The notes under the pieces are model-generated. The model was not told the origin of the DNA. It saw only the letters and a program-made list of their open reading frames with translations, and ran no database searches. From Hyperthermus butylicus DSM 5456 (lineage in GTDB: Archaea; Thermoproteota; Thermoprotei_A; Sulfolobales; Pyrodictiaceae), in contig NC_008818.1 in assembly GCF_000015145.1 (NCBI RefSeq), forward strand, positions 1,290,001 through 1,322,000: DNA of 32,000 nt, written 5' to 3'. The position numbers and the translations under genes are program-made. The stretch's first letter is position 1, and each line of letters begins with the position of its first letter. Below are positions 24,081-32,000 of this stretch, piece after piece.

Positions 24081-24848
24081 ATGGCGCGAATGGGTGGTAG
24101 GAGGCACCTAAAGACGCTGGCTGCGCCAAAGTTCTGGCCTGTAAGGCAGCGTGCTGGCATATTTACGGTTAAGCCGTCGCCGGGGCCCCACCCGATAGAG
24201 CGGTCGATACCTCTACTCATACTGGTCCGCGATGTGCTGGGCTACGCTAAGACTGCTAGAGAGGCAAGGAAGCTAATAGCAGAGGGCCACTTCAAGATCG
24301 ACGGGAGGGTTAGGAGGAACTACAAGTACCCAGTCGGCTTCATGGATGTGATAGAGATAGTTGACACTGGTGAGTTCTACCGCGTCCTACCATATCCAAC
24401 AAGGTTCTTCACCCTACACCCGATATCGAAGGAGGAGGCGCAGTTCAAGCTGGGTAGGATAGAGGACAAGAGCACGGTCAAGGGTGGCCACATCCAGCTA
24501 CACCTACACGATGGCCGAAACGTGCTCATTAGGGTATCTGACCCGACAAACCCCGTGGAGGCCAAGCCGTACAAGACGCTAGGCACAGTCAAGATCTCCA
24601 TACCAGAACAGCAACTCCTAGGCTACGCTCCGCTCGAGGTTGGTAGCCTAGTGATAATCTTTGGCGGTCGCAACGTTGGCCGTGTAGGCCGCATAGTCTC
24701 GATACAGCCTGGCATGAGGCGCCGCGGAATAGTAACAATAGAGGATGCAAGGGGCGAGAAGATACAGACAAGCCTTGAGTACGTATTCGTCATAGCTCCG
24801 CCCAACGAGGAGCCCTGGATAAGCCTACCGGAGGGTGCGTGGAAGTGA
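24081..24848 (+). CDS. rps4e: 30S ribosomal protein eS4 (S4e)
   Basis: 255 aa starting [21 protein letters not shown]. Confidence 0.95.
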   Translation: MARMGGRRHLKTLAAPKFWPVRQRAGIFTVKPSPGPHPIERSIPLLILVRDVLGYAKTAREARKLIAEGHFKIDGRVRRNYKYPVGFMDVIEIVDTGEFYRVLPYPTRFFTLHPISKEEAQFKLGRIEDKSTVKGGHIQLHLHDGRNVLIRVSDPTNPVEAKPYKTLGTVKISIPEQQLLGYAPLEVGSLVIIFGGRNVGRVGRIVSIQPGMRRRGIVTIEDARGEKIQTSLEYVFVIAPPNEEPWISLPEGAWK

Positions 24849-25435
24849 CGGCGGCAGTTACCACGCAGGCACGCATACCCCTCACTCCGGAGCAGATAGA
24901 GGAGATACACCGCAAGTGGGATAGCAATCCAATGCTAAAGCCAAGGATAGTAAAGGTTACAGTCAATATTGGTGTTGGCGAGTCTGGTGAGAGGCTGCAG
25001 AAGGCTATCAAGGTTCTCGAGATGCTTACAGGACAAAAGCCGGCCGTCAGAAAGGCCAAGAAGACTATAAGGGATTTCGGCATAAGGAAGGGTGAACCAA
25101 TAGCAGCGATGGTTACGCTGCGTGGCGAGAAGGCAATAGAGTTCCTTAAGAGGGTACTGCCTGCAATAGGTAATAAGCTGCGAGAGAGCCAGTTTGATGA
25201 ATTTGGCAACGTCTCGTTCGGCATAAAGGAGCATATTCTGATACCCGGTGTACGCTACGATCCCGAGATAGGAGTCTTCGGCATGGACATAGCGATTACG
25301 ATTGAGAGGCCAGGCTACCGCGTAATGAGGAGGCGGAGGGCCCGCAGCAGAGTTCCACGCAGGCACCGTGTAACAAAGGAGGAGGCAATGCTCCTACTAC
25401 ACGAGCTATTCGGGGTAAGCATAGAGCCAAAATAA
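24839..25435 (+). CDS. rpl5p: 50S ribosomal protein uL5 (L5P)
   Basis: Contains [27 protein letters not shown] start overlaps the eS4 end by 10 nt. Confidence 0.94.
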   Translation: MEVTAAVTTQARIPLTPEQIEEIHRKWDSNPMLKPRIVKVTVNIGVGESGERLQKAIKVLEMLTGQKPAVRKAKKTIRDFGIRKGEPIAAMVTLRGEKAIEFLKRVLPAIGNKLRESQFDEFGNVSFGIKEHILIPGVRYDPEIGVFGMDIAITIERPGYRVMRRRRARSRVPRRHRVTKEEAMLLLHELFGVSIEPK

Positions 25436-25475
25436 ACCCGTACACCGGGGGACTGGGTAGCCTGGGGTGGATGAT

Positions 25476-25640
25476 ATGGGCAAGTATAGGCCTCCGCGCG
25501 TGGTAAAGTATGGGCGCGGAGCATATCGATGCCAGCGCTGCGGCAGTCACGATGCAGTCATAAAGAAGTATGGGCTAATGCTATGCAGGCAGTGTTTCCG
25601 CGAGCTAGCAGTTAGCCTAGGTTTCAGAAAGTACATGTAA
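25476..25640 (+). CDS. rps14p: 30S ribosomal protein uS14 (zinc-ribbon type, 54 aa)
   Basis: Absent from the supplied ORF track, apparently because it is too short. My translation is [54 protein letters not shown]. It has CxxC...CxxC and sits in the canonical uL5-uS14-uS8 position. Confidence 0.9.
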   Translation: MGKYRPPRVVKYGRGAYRCQRCGSHDAVIKKYGLMLCRQCFRELAVSLGFRKYM

Positions 25641-25656
25641 TAAGGGGTGAACCGGG

Positions 25657-26058
25657 ATGGTCATGCTCGACACACTTGCAAATGCAATGGCAGCAATCGT
25701 AAATGCTGAGATGAGGGCTAAGCCAGAAGTAATCATAATGCCTGCTTCAAAGCTTATAGCAAACGTGCTCCGTGTCATGCAGCGCGAGGGCTACATAGGC
25801 GAGTTCGAGTATATAGATGATGGGCGCTGGGGCAAGATAAGGGTTAGACTGCTGGGCAGGATAAACAAGGCAGGCGTAATCAAGCCAAGGTTCTCGGTGA
25901 AGTACAAGGACTTGATAAGGATGCCTGACTGGCTGAGAAAGTATCTGCCAAGCAGGGATATAGGTATACTAATAATATCTACTAGCCAGGGCGTAATGTC
26001 TCACCGTGAAGCCATACAGCGCAGGATAGGCGGCGTCCTGCTGGCATATGTCTACTAG
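25657..26058 (+). CDS. rps8p: 30S ribosomal protein uS8 (S8P)
   Basis: 133 aa reading [18 protein letters not shown] with C-terminal [19 protein letters not shown] is present. Confidence 0.95.
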   Translation: MVMLDTLANAMAAIVNAEMRAKPEVIIMPASKLIANVLRVMQREGYIGEFEYIDDGRWGKIRVRLLGRINKAGVIKPRFSVKYKDLIRMPDWLRKYLPSRDIGILIISTSQGVMSHREAIQRRIGGVLLAYVY

Positions 26059-26217
26059 CCCCTAGAGCCACTCCACTACCCTTGTTTTCGCTTGTTCCCA
26101 GTACATGTCTTCTCAGGTTCTCGCTGGGCCGCGTATGCCTCCTGCATCGTGGATACTGGGTGTTAGGCGGTAGGCTCTAAATAGGGGGTAGAGCATCGCG
26201 GAGCTGGGGTGTAGGTA

Positions 26218-26778
26218 TTGGCTAAGGCGGTGTATGTTGCTGAGGAGGTTAGGGTGCCGGAGGGCGTTGAGGTTAGCATTGACGGGCTAAAGGTGACTGT
26301 GAAGGGCCCTAAAGGCGAGCTTACCCGGGACTTCTCGCACGCCAGGAACATCGTGATAAGGCTTGACGAGGATGAGGAGGGTAAGAAGGTTGTTGTGGAG
26401 GCATACTTCGCTAACCGGCGTGTTAAGGCGCTTGTGGGTACTATTGCTGCCCACATCGAGAACATGATTACTGGTGTAACGAAGGGATTCCGTTACAAGC
26501 TCAAGATAGTCTACTCGCACTTCCCTGTAACAGTTAAGGTGCAGGGTGACAAGGTGGTAATCGAGAACTTCCTCGGCGAGAAGGCGCCGCGTATAGCGAA
26601 GATAATGCCAGGCGTGACTGTTAAGGTTCAGAAGGATGATGTTATCGTGGAGGGTATAGATATAGAGGCGGTTGGTCAGACTGCTGCAAACATAGAGCAG
26701 GCGACTAAGGTTAAGGATAAGGATAGGCGTGTTTTCATAGACGGCATATACATCTACGAGAAGGGGGTGGCTGAGTAA
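26218..26778 (+). CDS. rpl6p: 50S ribosomal protein uL6 (L6P)
   Basis: 186 aa containing [23 protein letters not shown] and [13 protein letters not shown] start. Confidence 0.93.
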   Translation: MAKAVYVAEEVRVPEGVEVSIDGLKVTVKGPKGELTRDFSHARNIVIRLDEDEEGKKVVVEAYFANRRVKALVGTIAAHIENMITGVTKGFRYKLKIVYSHFPVTVKVQGDKVVIENFLGEKAPRIAKIMPGVTVKVQKDDVIVEGIDIEAVGQTAANIEQATKVKDKDRRVFIDGIYIYEKGVAE

Positions 26779-27146
26779 TGGTCGAGCAGGGGAAGGATAT
26801 AGAGAGGCTCCTACGCATACGTAGGAGGCTCAAGGCTAGGAAGCCCGTGTTCCTCCGTAATCTATGGTGGAAATTCCCCAAGTTCAAGAATGACCCGAAG
26901 TGGAGGAAGCCTAAGGGCATAGACAACCCGATGAGGCTAAGGCTCAAGGGGCGACCGCCGATAGTCGAGGTTGGCTACCGTAGCCCAGCAGCTGTACGTG
27001 GGCTACACCCGACTGGGCTGCAGCCAGTAACAGTCTCAAATCCAGCTGAGCTTGATAGGCTCGACCCAGCGAGACACATAGTCTATATAGCCTCGGGTGT
27101 TGGGCTACGCAAGCGGCTCGAGATTATAGAGAAGGCAAAAGCCTAA
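26778..27146 (+). CDS. rpl32e: 50S ribosomal protein eL32 (L32e)
   Basis: Contains WRKPKGIDNPMRLRLKGRPPIVEVGYRSPAAVRGLHPTG. The ATG overlaps the uL6 TAA (TAATG). Confidence 0.93.
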   Translation: MVEQGKDIERLLRIRRRLKARKPVFLRNLWWKFPKFKNDPKWRKPKGIDNPMRLRLKGRPPIVEVGYRSPAAVRGLHPTGLQPVTVSNPAELDRLDPARHIVYIASGVGLRKRLEIIEKAKA

Positions 27147-27190
27147 GGGGTTTAGGGTGGCAAACGCATAGGTACGTGGGGTGAAGTAGT

Positions 27191-27652
27191 GTGACCGACC
27201 TCTCCATGCAGAAGAGGCTAGCCGCTGAGGTGCTCGGTGTAGGGGTGTCAAGGATCTGGATTGATCCATCAAGGATAGAGGATGTAGCTAGCGCTATTAC
27301 TAGGGAGGAGATAAAGAGGCTAATAAAGGAGGGTGTCATACAGGTAAAGCCGACCCATAGCCCCTCCAGGGGCAGGTGGAGGGAGCGCCACGAGGCACGC
27401 AAGAAGGGTAGGCACCGCGGTCCAGGCAGGCGTAAGGGTGATGCTACTGCTCGTAGGGATCCGAAGGAGGAGTGGATGCACAGGATAAGGAAGATACGCC
27501 GCTACCTACGCTACCTACGCGACCATGGCGTGATAGACAGGAAGACTTACAGGAAGCTGTACATGTGGGCTAAGGGCGGTATGTTCCCAACATTCTCGGC
27601 ACTGCAGCGTTGGCTCGAGGAGCATGGCTACCCTACAAGCGTGAAGAAGTAG
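27191..27652 (+). CDS. rpl19e: 50S ribosomal protein eL19 (L19e)
   Basis: Contains LSMQKRLAAEVLGVGVSRIWIDP and an Arg/Lys-rich centre. GTG start. Confidence 0.93.
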   Translation: MTDLSMQKRLAAEVLGVGVSRIWIDPSRIEDVASAITREEIKRLIKEGVIQVKPTHSPSRGRWRERHEARKKGRHRGPGRRKGDATARRDPKEEWMHRIRKIRRYLRYLRDHGVIDRKTYRKLYMWAKGGMFPTFSALQRWLEEHGYPTSVKK

Positions 27653-27711
27653 GTGTTGCTGAGCCACACGTCTCGCCCAGTATTTGGCTCCCTGTCTCCT
27701 CTCCTGGCTCG

Positions 27712-27756
27712 CCGAGGTCCCTCCCCTACTCAGCTTATTAGGGGTGGGGGCCTCGG
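27712..27756 (+). other. Imperfect ~17-bp hairpin in the eL19-uL18 spacer
   Basis: CCGAGG (27712-17) pairs with CCTCGG (27751-56). The inner arm TCCCTCCCCTA pairs with TAGGGGTGGGGG through G-U wobbles and one bulged T. The loop is centred on CTCAGCT. Confidence 0.3.
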
Positions 27757-27804
27757 TTCCACGGCTCTGGGTGCTAGGCTAGAGGGGCACTGTGGTGGAG
27801 CATT

Positions 27805-28440
27805 ATGGCGCATGGCCCTCGCTACAAGGTGCCCAGGCGTAGGCGGAGGGAGGGTAAGACAAACTACTACAAGCGCTACGTAATGGTTCTCTCGGGTAAG
27901 CCCAGGTTCGTTGTCAGGAGGACTAACCAGTACATCTGGGTACAAGTGATAATAGCTAAGCCCCAGGGTGACGTCACGGTGGCAGCTGCTCATAGCAGGG
28001 AGCTGGTAAAGAAGTATGGCTGGCTGGGTGGCACCAAGAACACTCCTGCTGCCTACCTGACTGGGCTCCTAGCAGCGCTTCGTGCACTCAAGGCCGGCAT
28101 AACCTACGCAGTTCTCGACATTGGCCTGCACAGGCCGACGCGTGGTGCTCGCGTCTTCGCAGCTCTCAAGGGCGCCCTGGATGCTGGCCTGGAGATACCT
28201 CACAGCGAGGAGGTGCTCCCCGAGGAGTACCGTATACGTGGCGAGCACATAGCAAAGTATGCTGCAATGCTGAAGGAGCAGAACCCGGAGCTCTACGAGA
28301 AACGGTTTAGCCTATACCTCGCCCGTGGCTTAAACCCTGAGGACCTGCCGCAGCACTTTGAGGAGGTTAAGAATAAAATCCTAGAGGAGTACCGTGAGGT
28401 TCTTGAGAAGGTTAAGGCAGAAGCTGCTGTGGAGGCGTGA
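27805..28440 (+). CDS. rpl18p: 50S ribosomal protein uL18 (L18P/L5e)
   Basis: 211 aa starting [24 protein letters not shown]. Confidence 0.94.
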
Positions 28441-29087
28441 TAGCGATGAGCCTCTCGCCCTATGAGCTGGAGCAGGAATGGCAGCCGAGAACCTACGTTG
28501 GCAGGCTAGTGAAGGAGGGGCGTATACGCAGCCTCTCAGAAATCTTCGAGAAGAACCTGCCAATACTGGAGCCCGAGATAGTAGACTACCTAATAGGCCC
28601 GGAGCTGAAGTCCGAGACTGTCGATGTTAGGCTCGTGCAGAAGATGACTGATGCAGGTAGGATTAACAGGTTCAGGGTAGTCGTCGTCATAGGTAATGAG
28701 AACGGTTTTGTGGGTGTGGGCCAGGGTAAGGCCAGGCAGCTAGCCGTGGCTATAGAGAAGGCTATACGCAACGCAAAGCTCAACATAATCCCTGTCCGCA
28801 GAGGCTGCGGCAGCTGGGAGTGTCTCTGCAGCGAGCCACACAGCGTACCCTTCACGGTGCGGGGGAAGAGTGGCAGCGTTGAGGTGATCCTAAAGCCAGC
28901 GCCGAGGGGTACCGGGCTGGTGGCAGGTGACGCTGCTAAGGTTGTGCTGAGGCTTGCAGGTATAAGGGATGTCTGGAGCTTCACCAAGGGAGACACTAGG
29001 ACAACCATAAACTTTGTCAAGGCAACCTACAACGCGCTCAAACAGACATACAAGTTCGTAACACCACTAGACTGGGCGCGCACCTAG
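28437..29087 (+). CDS. rps5p: 30S ribosomal protein uS5 (S5P)
   Basis: Contains [32 protein letters not shown]. The start is GTG 28437, overlapping the uL18 stop, or ATG 28446 downstream of GGAGG. Confidence 0.94.
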
Positions 29088-29118
29088 GCAGAGCAGGGGC
29101 TCTGGGGGTGAGTGAGGA

Positions 29119-29673
29119 GTGACGGCTGTGGCTGCTGCACGCGAGGCTGAGAAGAAAGAGGAGGGACAGAAGCAGGTAAAGCTCTACGCGATAATAAGGA
29201 TACGTGGCCGCGTCGATGTACACCCAGACGTCGAGTATACGCTTAAGCTGCTAAGGCTACACCGTAAGTTCCACCTAGTACTCTACCCGTCGACGCTGCC
29301 GGGCATCGAAAGGATGATACATAAGGTGAAGGACTGGGTTACATGGGGCGAAATAGACCGTGATACGCTGGTAGAGCTGTTGAGGAGGAGGGGCAGGATA
29401 TCTGGTAACAAGCCTCTAACAGACGAGTATGTACAGGAGAAGCTAGGGCTCAAGGGCGGTATAGAGGAGCTTGCCGACAAGCTGCTCAAGGGAGAAATAA
29501 TGCTCCACAAGCTCTACGACAAGCAGAAGAAGATATGGATAATCAAGCCGGTATTCCGGCTACACCCGCCAAGAGGCGGCTTCAAGGGCAGCATCAAGAA
29601 GCCCTATGGCGCAGGCGGCGAGCTAGGCTACCGCGGGCCAGCGATAAACGAGCTTATAAGACGCATGCTCTAA
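29119..29673 (+). CDS. rpl30p: 50S ribosomal protein uL30 (L30P/L7e)
   Basis: Contains [32 protein letters not shown] start. Confidence 0.93.
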   Translation: MTAVAAAREAEKKEEGQKQVKLYAIIRIRGRVDVHPDVEYTLKLLRLHRKFHLVLYPSTLPGIERMIHKVKDWVTWGEIDRDTLVELLRRRGRISGNKPLTDEYVQEKLGLKGGIEELADKLLKGEIMLHKLYDKQKKIWIIKPVFRLHPPRGGFKGSIKKPYGAGGELGYRGPAINELIRRML

Positions 29674-29704
29674 CAAGGCTAGGCACTGTGGGGGTGCCTG
29701 ATTC

Positions 29705-30160
29705 ATGGTTGTGCGTAGGAGGAAAAAGAGTCGCCACCTAAGAGGCAGAACCAGGACGATGGGCTGGGGTCGTATAGGTCAGCATAGGGGTAGCGGTAGC
29801 AGGGGAGGCTTTGGCGCTGCCGGCATGCACAAGCACATGTGGACCTGGGTAGTAAAGTACGCTCCAACATGGTTCGGCAAGCATGGCTTCAACAGGCCAC
29901 AGATATACGAGCTCAAGGCGTCAGAGATAAACGTTGGAGAGCTGGCTGAGAAGCTTGATGCATGGCTAAGGGAAGGTGTTGCCAAGCAGGAGGAGGGTAA
30001 GATAGTGGTGAACCTTGCAGAGCTAGGCTACGCGAAGCTGCTAGGACGCGGCAAGATAACAAGGCCAGTAAAGGTCATAGTACCCGCAGCGACGGAACGT
30101 GCTGTCAAGAAGATAGAGGAGGCTGGCGGCGAAGTAGTAATACTCAAGCAGCAAGGGTAA
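29705..30160 (+). CDS. rpl15p: 50S ribosomal protein uL15 (L15P)
   Basis: Contains KKSRHLRGRTRTMGWGRIGQHRGSGSRGG. Confidence 0.94.
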   Translation: MVVRRRKKSRHLRGRTRTMGWGRIGQHRGSGSRGGFGAAGMHKHMWTWVVKYAPTWFGKHGFNRPQIYELKASEINVGELAEKLDAWLREGVAKQEEGKIVVNLAELGYAKLLGRGKITRPVKVIVPAATERAVKKIEEAGGEVVILKQQG

Positions 30161-30342
30161 CGCTGTTTCTCGAGTCCTGCAGCTCCTCCTTTCTGCTCTA
30201 CACGTGTGTTCGCACATCTTGAACCAGCTTTGCCCTATGCCGGGGGCCTCTTCTGGTTCTTCTGCCCAAGCTTGCCGGGCCTTTCCTCTCCTTAGGCCTG
30301 GTTGATGTGCTTGTGCTACTGTTTGGCTGTATGAGTAGGGTC

Positions 30343-30348
30343 TATATA
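30343..30348 (+). promoter_or_regulatory. TATATA box, candidate secY promoter
   Basis: TATATA lies ~36-41 nt upstream of the secY ATG (30384) at the end of a 223-nt spacer. This spacing would give a short 5' leader. Inferred only. Confidence 0.3.
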
Positions 30349-30383
30349 CTGGCTACTTCACTGCTAGCGCGCGGGCTAGGCTT

Positions 30384-31778
30384 ATGGGCGTCTTGGAGGT
30401 TTTGGCTGAGGTTTCGCGGTATATACCGGCGGCTGCCAAGCCTGCTAGGAGGCCAACACTACCAACGAGGCTTATGTGGACTGGTCTCGTGGTGCTACTC
30501 TACCTTATCATGAGCGAGATACCACTAGTGGGCGTTTACGGGTATGGGCAGGCTACCCAGGCAACTCTAATGTCGATGCTTCTAGGCATGAATATTGGTA
30601 CGTTGATGACGCTTGGTATAGGCCCCATAGTAACTGCTGGCATCGTGCTAGAGGTGCTGGTTGGCGGCAAGCTGATAGAGCTAGACCTAACCAAGCCTAG
30701 GGACCGTAAGATATTCATGGGTGCCCAGCGCACCCTAGCGCTGCTCTTCGCGCTGCTCGAAGCGGCAGCTTATGTAATCGGGTGCCGGTTCTGGATATCA
30801 GCCTTTGCTAGTAGCCCGGAGGTGTGTCCGCCAATATCAACAGCGGTGAAGATAATTGTTGTGTTACAGTTAGTCTTTGCAACACTAGTACTAATGTGGT
30901 TCGACGAAATGATCCGCAACGGCTGGGGTATAGGCTCGGCGCTCAGCCTGTTCATTGTGGCTAGCGTGGTTAAGGGATTGTTCTGGCAGCTGGCAGGGTC
31001 AACCAAGGTTGCTACGCCGGAGGGACAGCCAGTATACTATGGTTGGCTAGCCCACGTGGTCTCAACCGGCGACCTCGGCGTGCTGAGGCGCGGCATGCCA
31101 GACATGGTTGGGTTCCTGGCGACAATAGCGATCATAATGGTGCTGATATACTTCCAGCTTATGAGGGTCTACATACCGGTCACCAGCCCGAGGTATGGCA
31201 GCATAAAGACTAGGATACCGCTAAACTTCATCTACGTGACAAACATCCCTATACTATTCGTAGCCATAGCAGTCTCAGACATCAAGGTATTCGAGATCGT
31301 AATAGCTAGCTTACTCGGCGCCGACAACCCCCTAGTGAGGGGCATGGATGTACTATACAACTATGTGAGCCCACCTCGTGGCCTCTTAGCGGCGGTTGCT
31401 GACCCGCTACGAACACTAACCTTCGCCCTGGCATGGCTAGCACTAGGCCTTCTCTTCGGCTTTATCTGGGTTGAGATAGCAGGCCTCAGTCCGAGGCAGC
31501 AGGCAGAAAACCTGATAAAATCTGGCATGGAGCTCCCCGGTATACGCAAGAATGTCAAGCTGCTTGAGCGCATACTAGCACGCTACATCTACCCGCTAAC
31601 AGTGATAAGCTCACTGCTAGTAACAACGATGGCCATACTAGCAGACGTGTTCGGCGCCTACGGCACAGGCTCGGGCCTAGTACTACTCGTAGGTATAATC
31701 TACAACTTCTACCAGGCCCTGGTATACGAGCGTACGCTAGAGATGTACCCAACGCTACAGAGGCTACTAGGCCGCTGA
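30384..31778 (+). CDS. secY: Preprotein translocase subunit SecY
   Basis: 464 aa, polytopic (~10 TM). The N-terminus (PTLPTRLMWTGLVVLLYLIMSEIPLVG), GIGPIVTAGIVLEVL and the canonical position after uL15 all fit SecY. Confidence 0.95.
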   Translation: MGVLEVLAEVSRYIPAAAKPARRPTLPTRLMWTGLVVLLYLIMSEIPLVGVYGYGQATQATLMSMLLGMNIGTLMTLGIGPIVTAGIVLEVLVGGKLIELDLTKPRDRKIFMGAQRTLALLFALLEAAAYVIGCRFWISAFASSPEVCPPISTAVKIIVVLQLVFATLVLMWFDEMIRNGWGIGSALSLFIVASVVKGLFWQLAGSTKVATPEGQPVYYGWLAHVVSTGDLGVLRRGMPDMVGFLATIAIIMVLIYFQLMRVYIPVTSPRYGSIKTRIPLNFIYVTNIPILFVAIAVSDIKVFEIVIASLLGADNPLVRGMDVLYNYVSPPRGLLAAVADPLRTLTFALAWLALGLLFGFIWVEIAGLSPRQQAENLIKSGMELPGIRKNVKLLERILARYIYPLTVISSLLVTTMAILADVFGAYGTGSGLVLLVGIIYNFYQALVYERTLEMYPTLQRLLGR

Positions 31779-31806
31779 CGCAGCTCCTCCCCTTCCTGGG
31801 CTCAGG

Positions 31807-31811
31807 TTTTT
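31807..31811 (+). terminator. Oligo-T tract (TTTTT) after secY
   Basis: The T5 run lies 29 nt downstream of the secY stop. It could alternatively be part of an A/T box for adkA. Confidence 0.3.
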
Positions 31812-31892
31812 ATGAGCCCAGCTCCTCCGGCCCTGCTTGCCCGGGAAACTGGAGCCCAATACACCCATGCCCGGCGCTCTGGGTGTAGGGCT

Positions 31893-32000
31893 ATGGTTCT
31901 CCGAAACCCCTTCATAACAGTGATTGTCACCGGCGTGCCTGGTGTGGGTAAGACAACGGTCCTGGGCAGGGTTGCAGAGAAGCTTCGCAGCAAGGGTGTA
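31893..32000 (+). CDS. adkA: Archaeal-type adenylate kinase, 5' fragment that runs off the window
   Basis: My translation is MVLRNPFITVIVTGVPGVGKTTVLGRVAEKLRSKGV.... The VTGVPGVGKTT P-loop and the position after secY are canonical for archaeal adkA. The antisense ORF 31802-31993 was rejected. Confidence 0.8.
   Translation, partial: MVLRNPFITVIVTGVPGVGKTTVLGRVAEKLRSKGV

Noticed and set aside
27653-27883. 76-aa ORF spanning the eL19-uL18 spacer and overlapping the uL18 start.
   Set aside because: It is Gly/Arg/Ser/Leu-rich and overlaps a conserved gene in another frame. The spacer is better explained by the hairpin.
30307-30513. 68-aa ORF upstream of and overlapping the secY start.
   Set aside because: It is out of frame with secY, rich in Leu, Arg and Trp, and has no SD. 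The region contains the likely secY promoter instead.
10457-31993. Numerous 60-160-aa ORFs antisense to or out of frame with ribosomal protein genes, the MoxR/VWA genes, secY and adkA. Examples are 10774-11372, 13180-14158, 14454-15211, 18868-20438, 24790-25550, 28586-29020, 30476-31752 and 31802-31993.
   Set aside because: These are shadow ORFs of highly conserved genes in moderately GC-rich DNA. None has a recognisable motif, and each would require extensive overlap with a well-supported gene.
1-32000. Searched by eye for CRISPR arrays, direct-repeat arrays, IS elements or transposases, integrases and terminal inverted repeats flanking the 11.7-18.3 kb block inserted in the ribosomal operon.
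   Set aside because: I noticed no regularly spaced repeats, no transposase or integrase-like ORFs and no flanking direct or inverted repeats. The block looks like ordinary chromosomal genes, so there is no evidence for a mobile element.

Overview
This window is archaeal chromosome, and its gene content points to a hyperthermophilic crenarchaeon, possibly Desulfurococcales-like. The right half (18.3-32.0 kb) is the classic archaeal ribosomal-protein superoperon, all on the + strand: uL3-uL4-uL23, then uL22-uS3-uL29-Rpp29-uS17-uL14-uL24-eS4-uL5-uS14-uS8-uL6-eL32-eL19-uL18-uS5-uL30-uL15-SecY-Adk(partial). Many of these genes are preceded by GGTGAT or GAGGT-type Shine-Dalgarno motifs. The operon is rearranged. 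uL2-uS19 sit about 7 kb upstream (10.5-11.7 kb), six unrelated genes lie between them and uL3, and a 432-nt structured non-coding gap occupies their canonical position between uL23 and uL22. The left half is accessory-looking. It holds a PCNA homologue, a small Cys-rich protein, and an acidic-N/basic-C 88-aa protein that resembles RNA polymerase subunit Rpo13. Next come a HerA/FtsK-type P-loop ATPase fused to a polytopic membrane domain, and a 958-aa Lhr-type DExH helicase transcribed divergently from it. The most notable feature is a tightly coupled four-gene operon at 7.2-10.5 kb: a 2-TM protein, a polytopic membrane protein with a beta-rich ectodomain, a second 2-TM protein and a VirB4/HerA-like ATPase. 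This architecture matches the crenarchaeal Ced DNA-import machinery (CedA1-CedA-CedA2-CedB), and the operon ends 34 nt upstream of uL2. The block between uS19 and uL3 contains a class I SAM methyltransferase, a MoxR-type AAA+ ATPase overlapping a CoxE-like VWA protein with a long helical N-terminal extension, a CxxCxxCC (YkgJ-type) cysteine-cluster protein, and a DUF171/SPOUT-like methyltransferase. I found no rRNA, tRNA, CRISPR array, transposase or integrase. All functional calls come from reading motifs and remembered family signatures in the translations; no database search was run.
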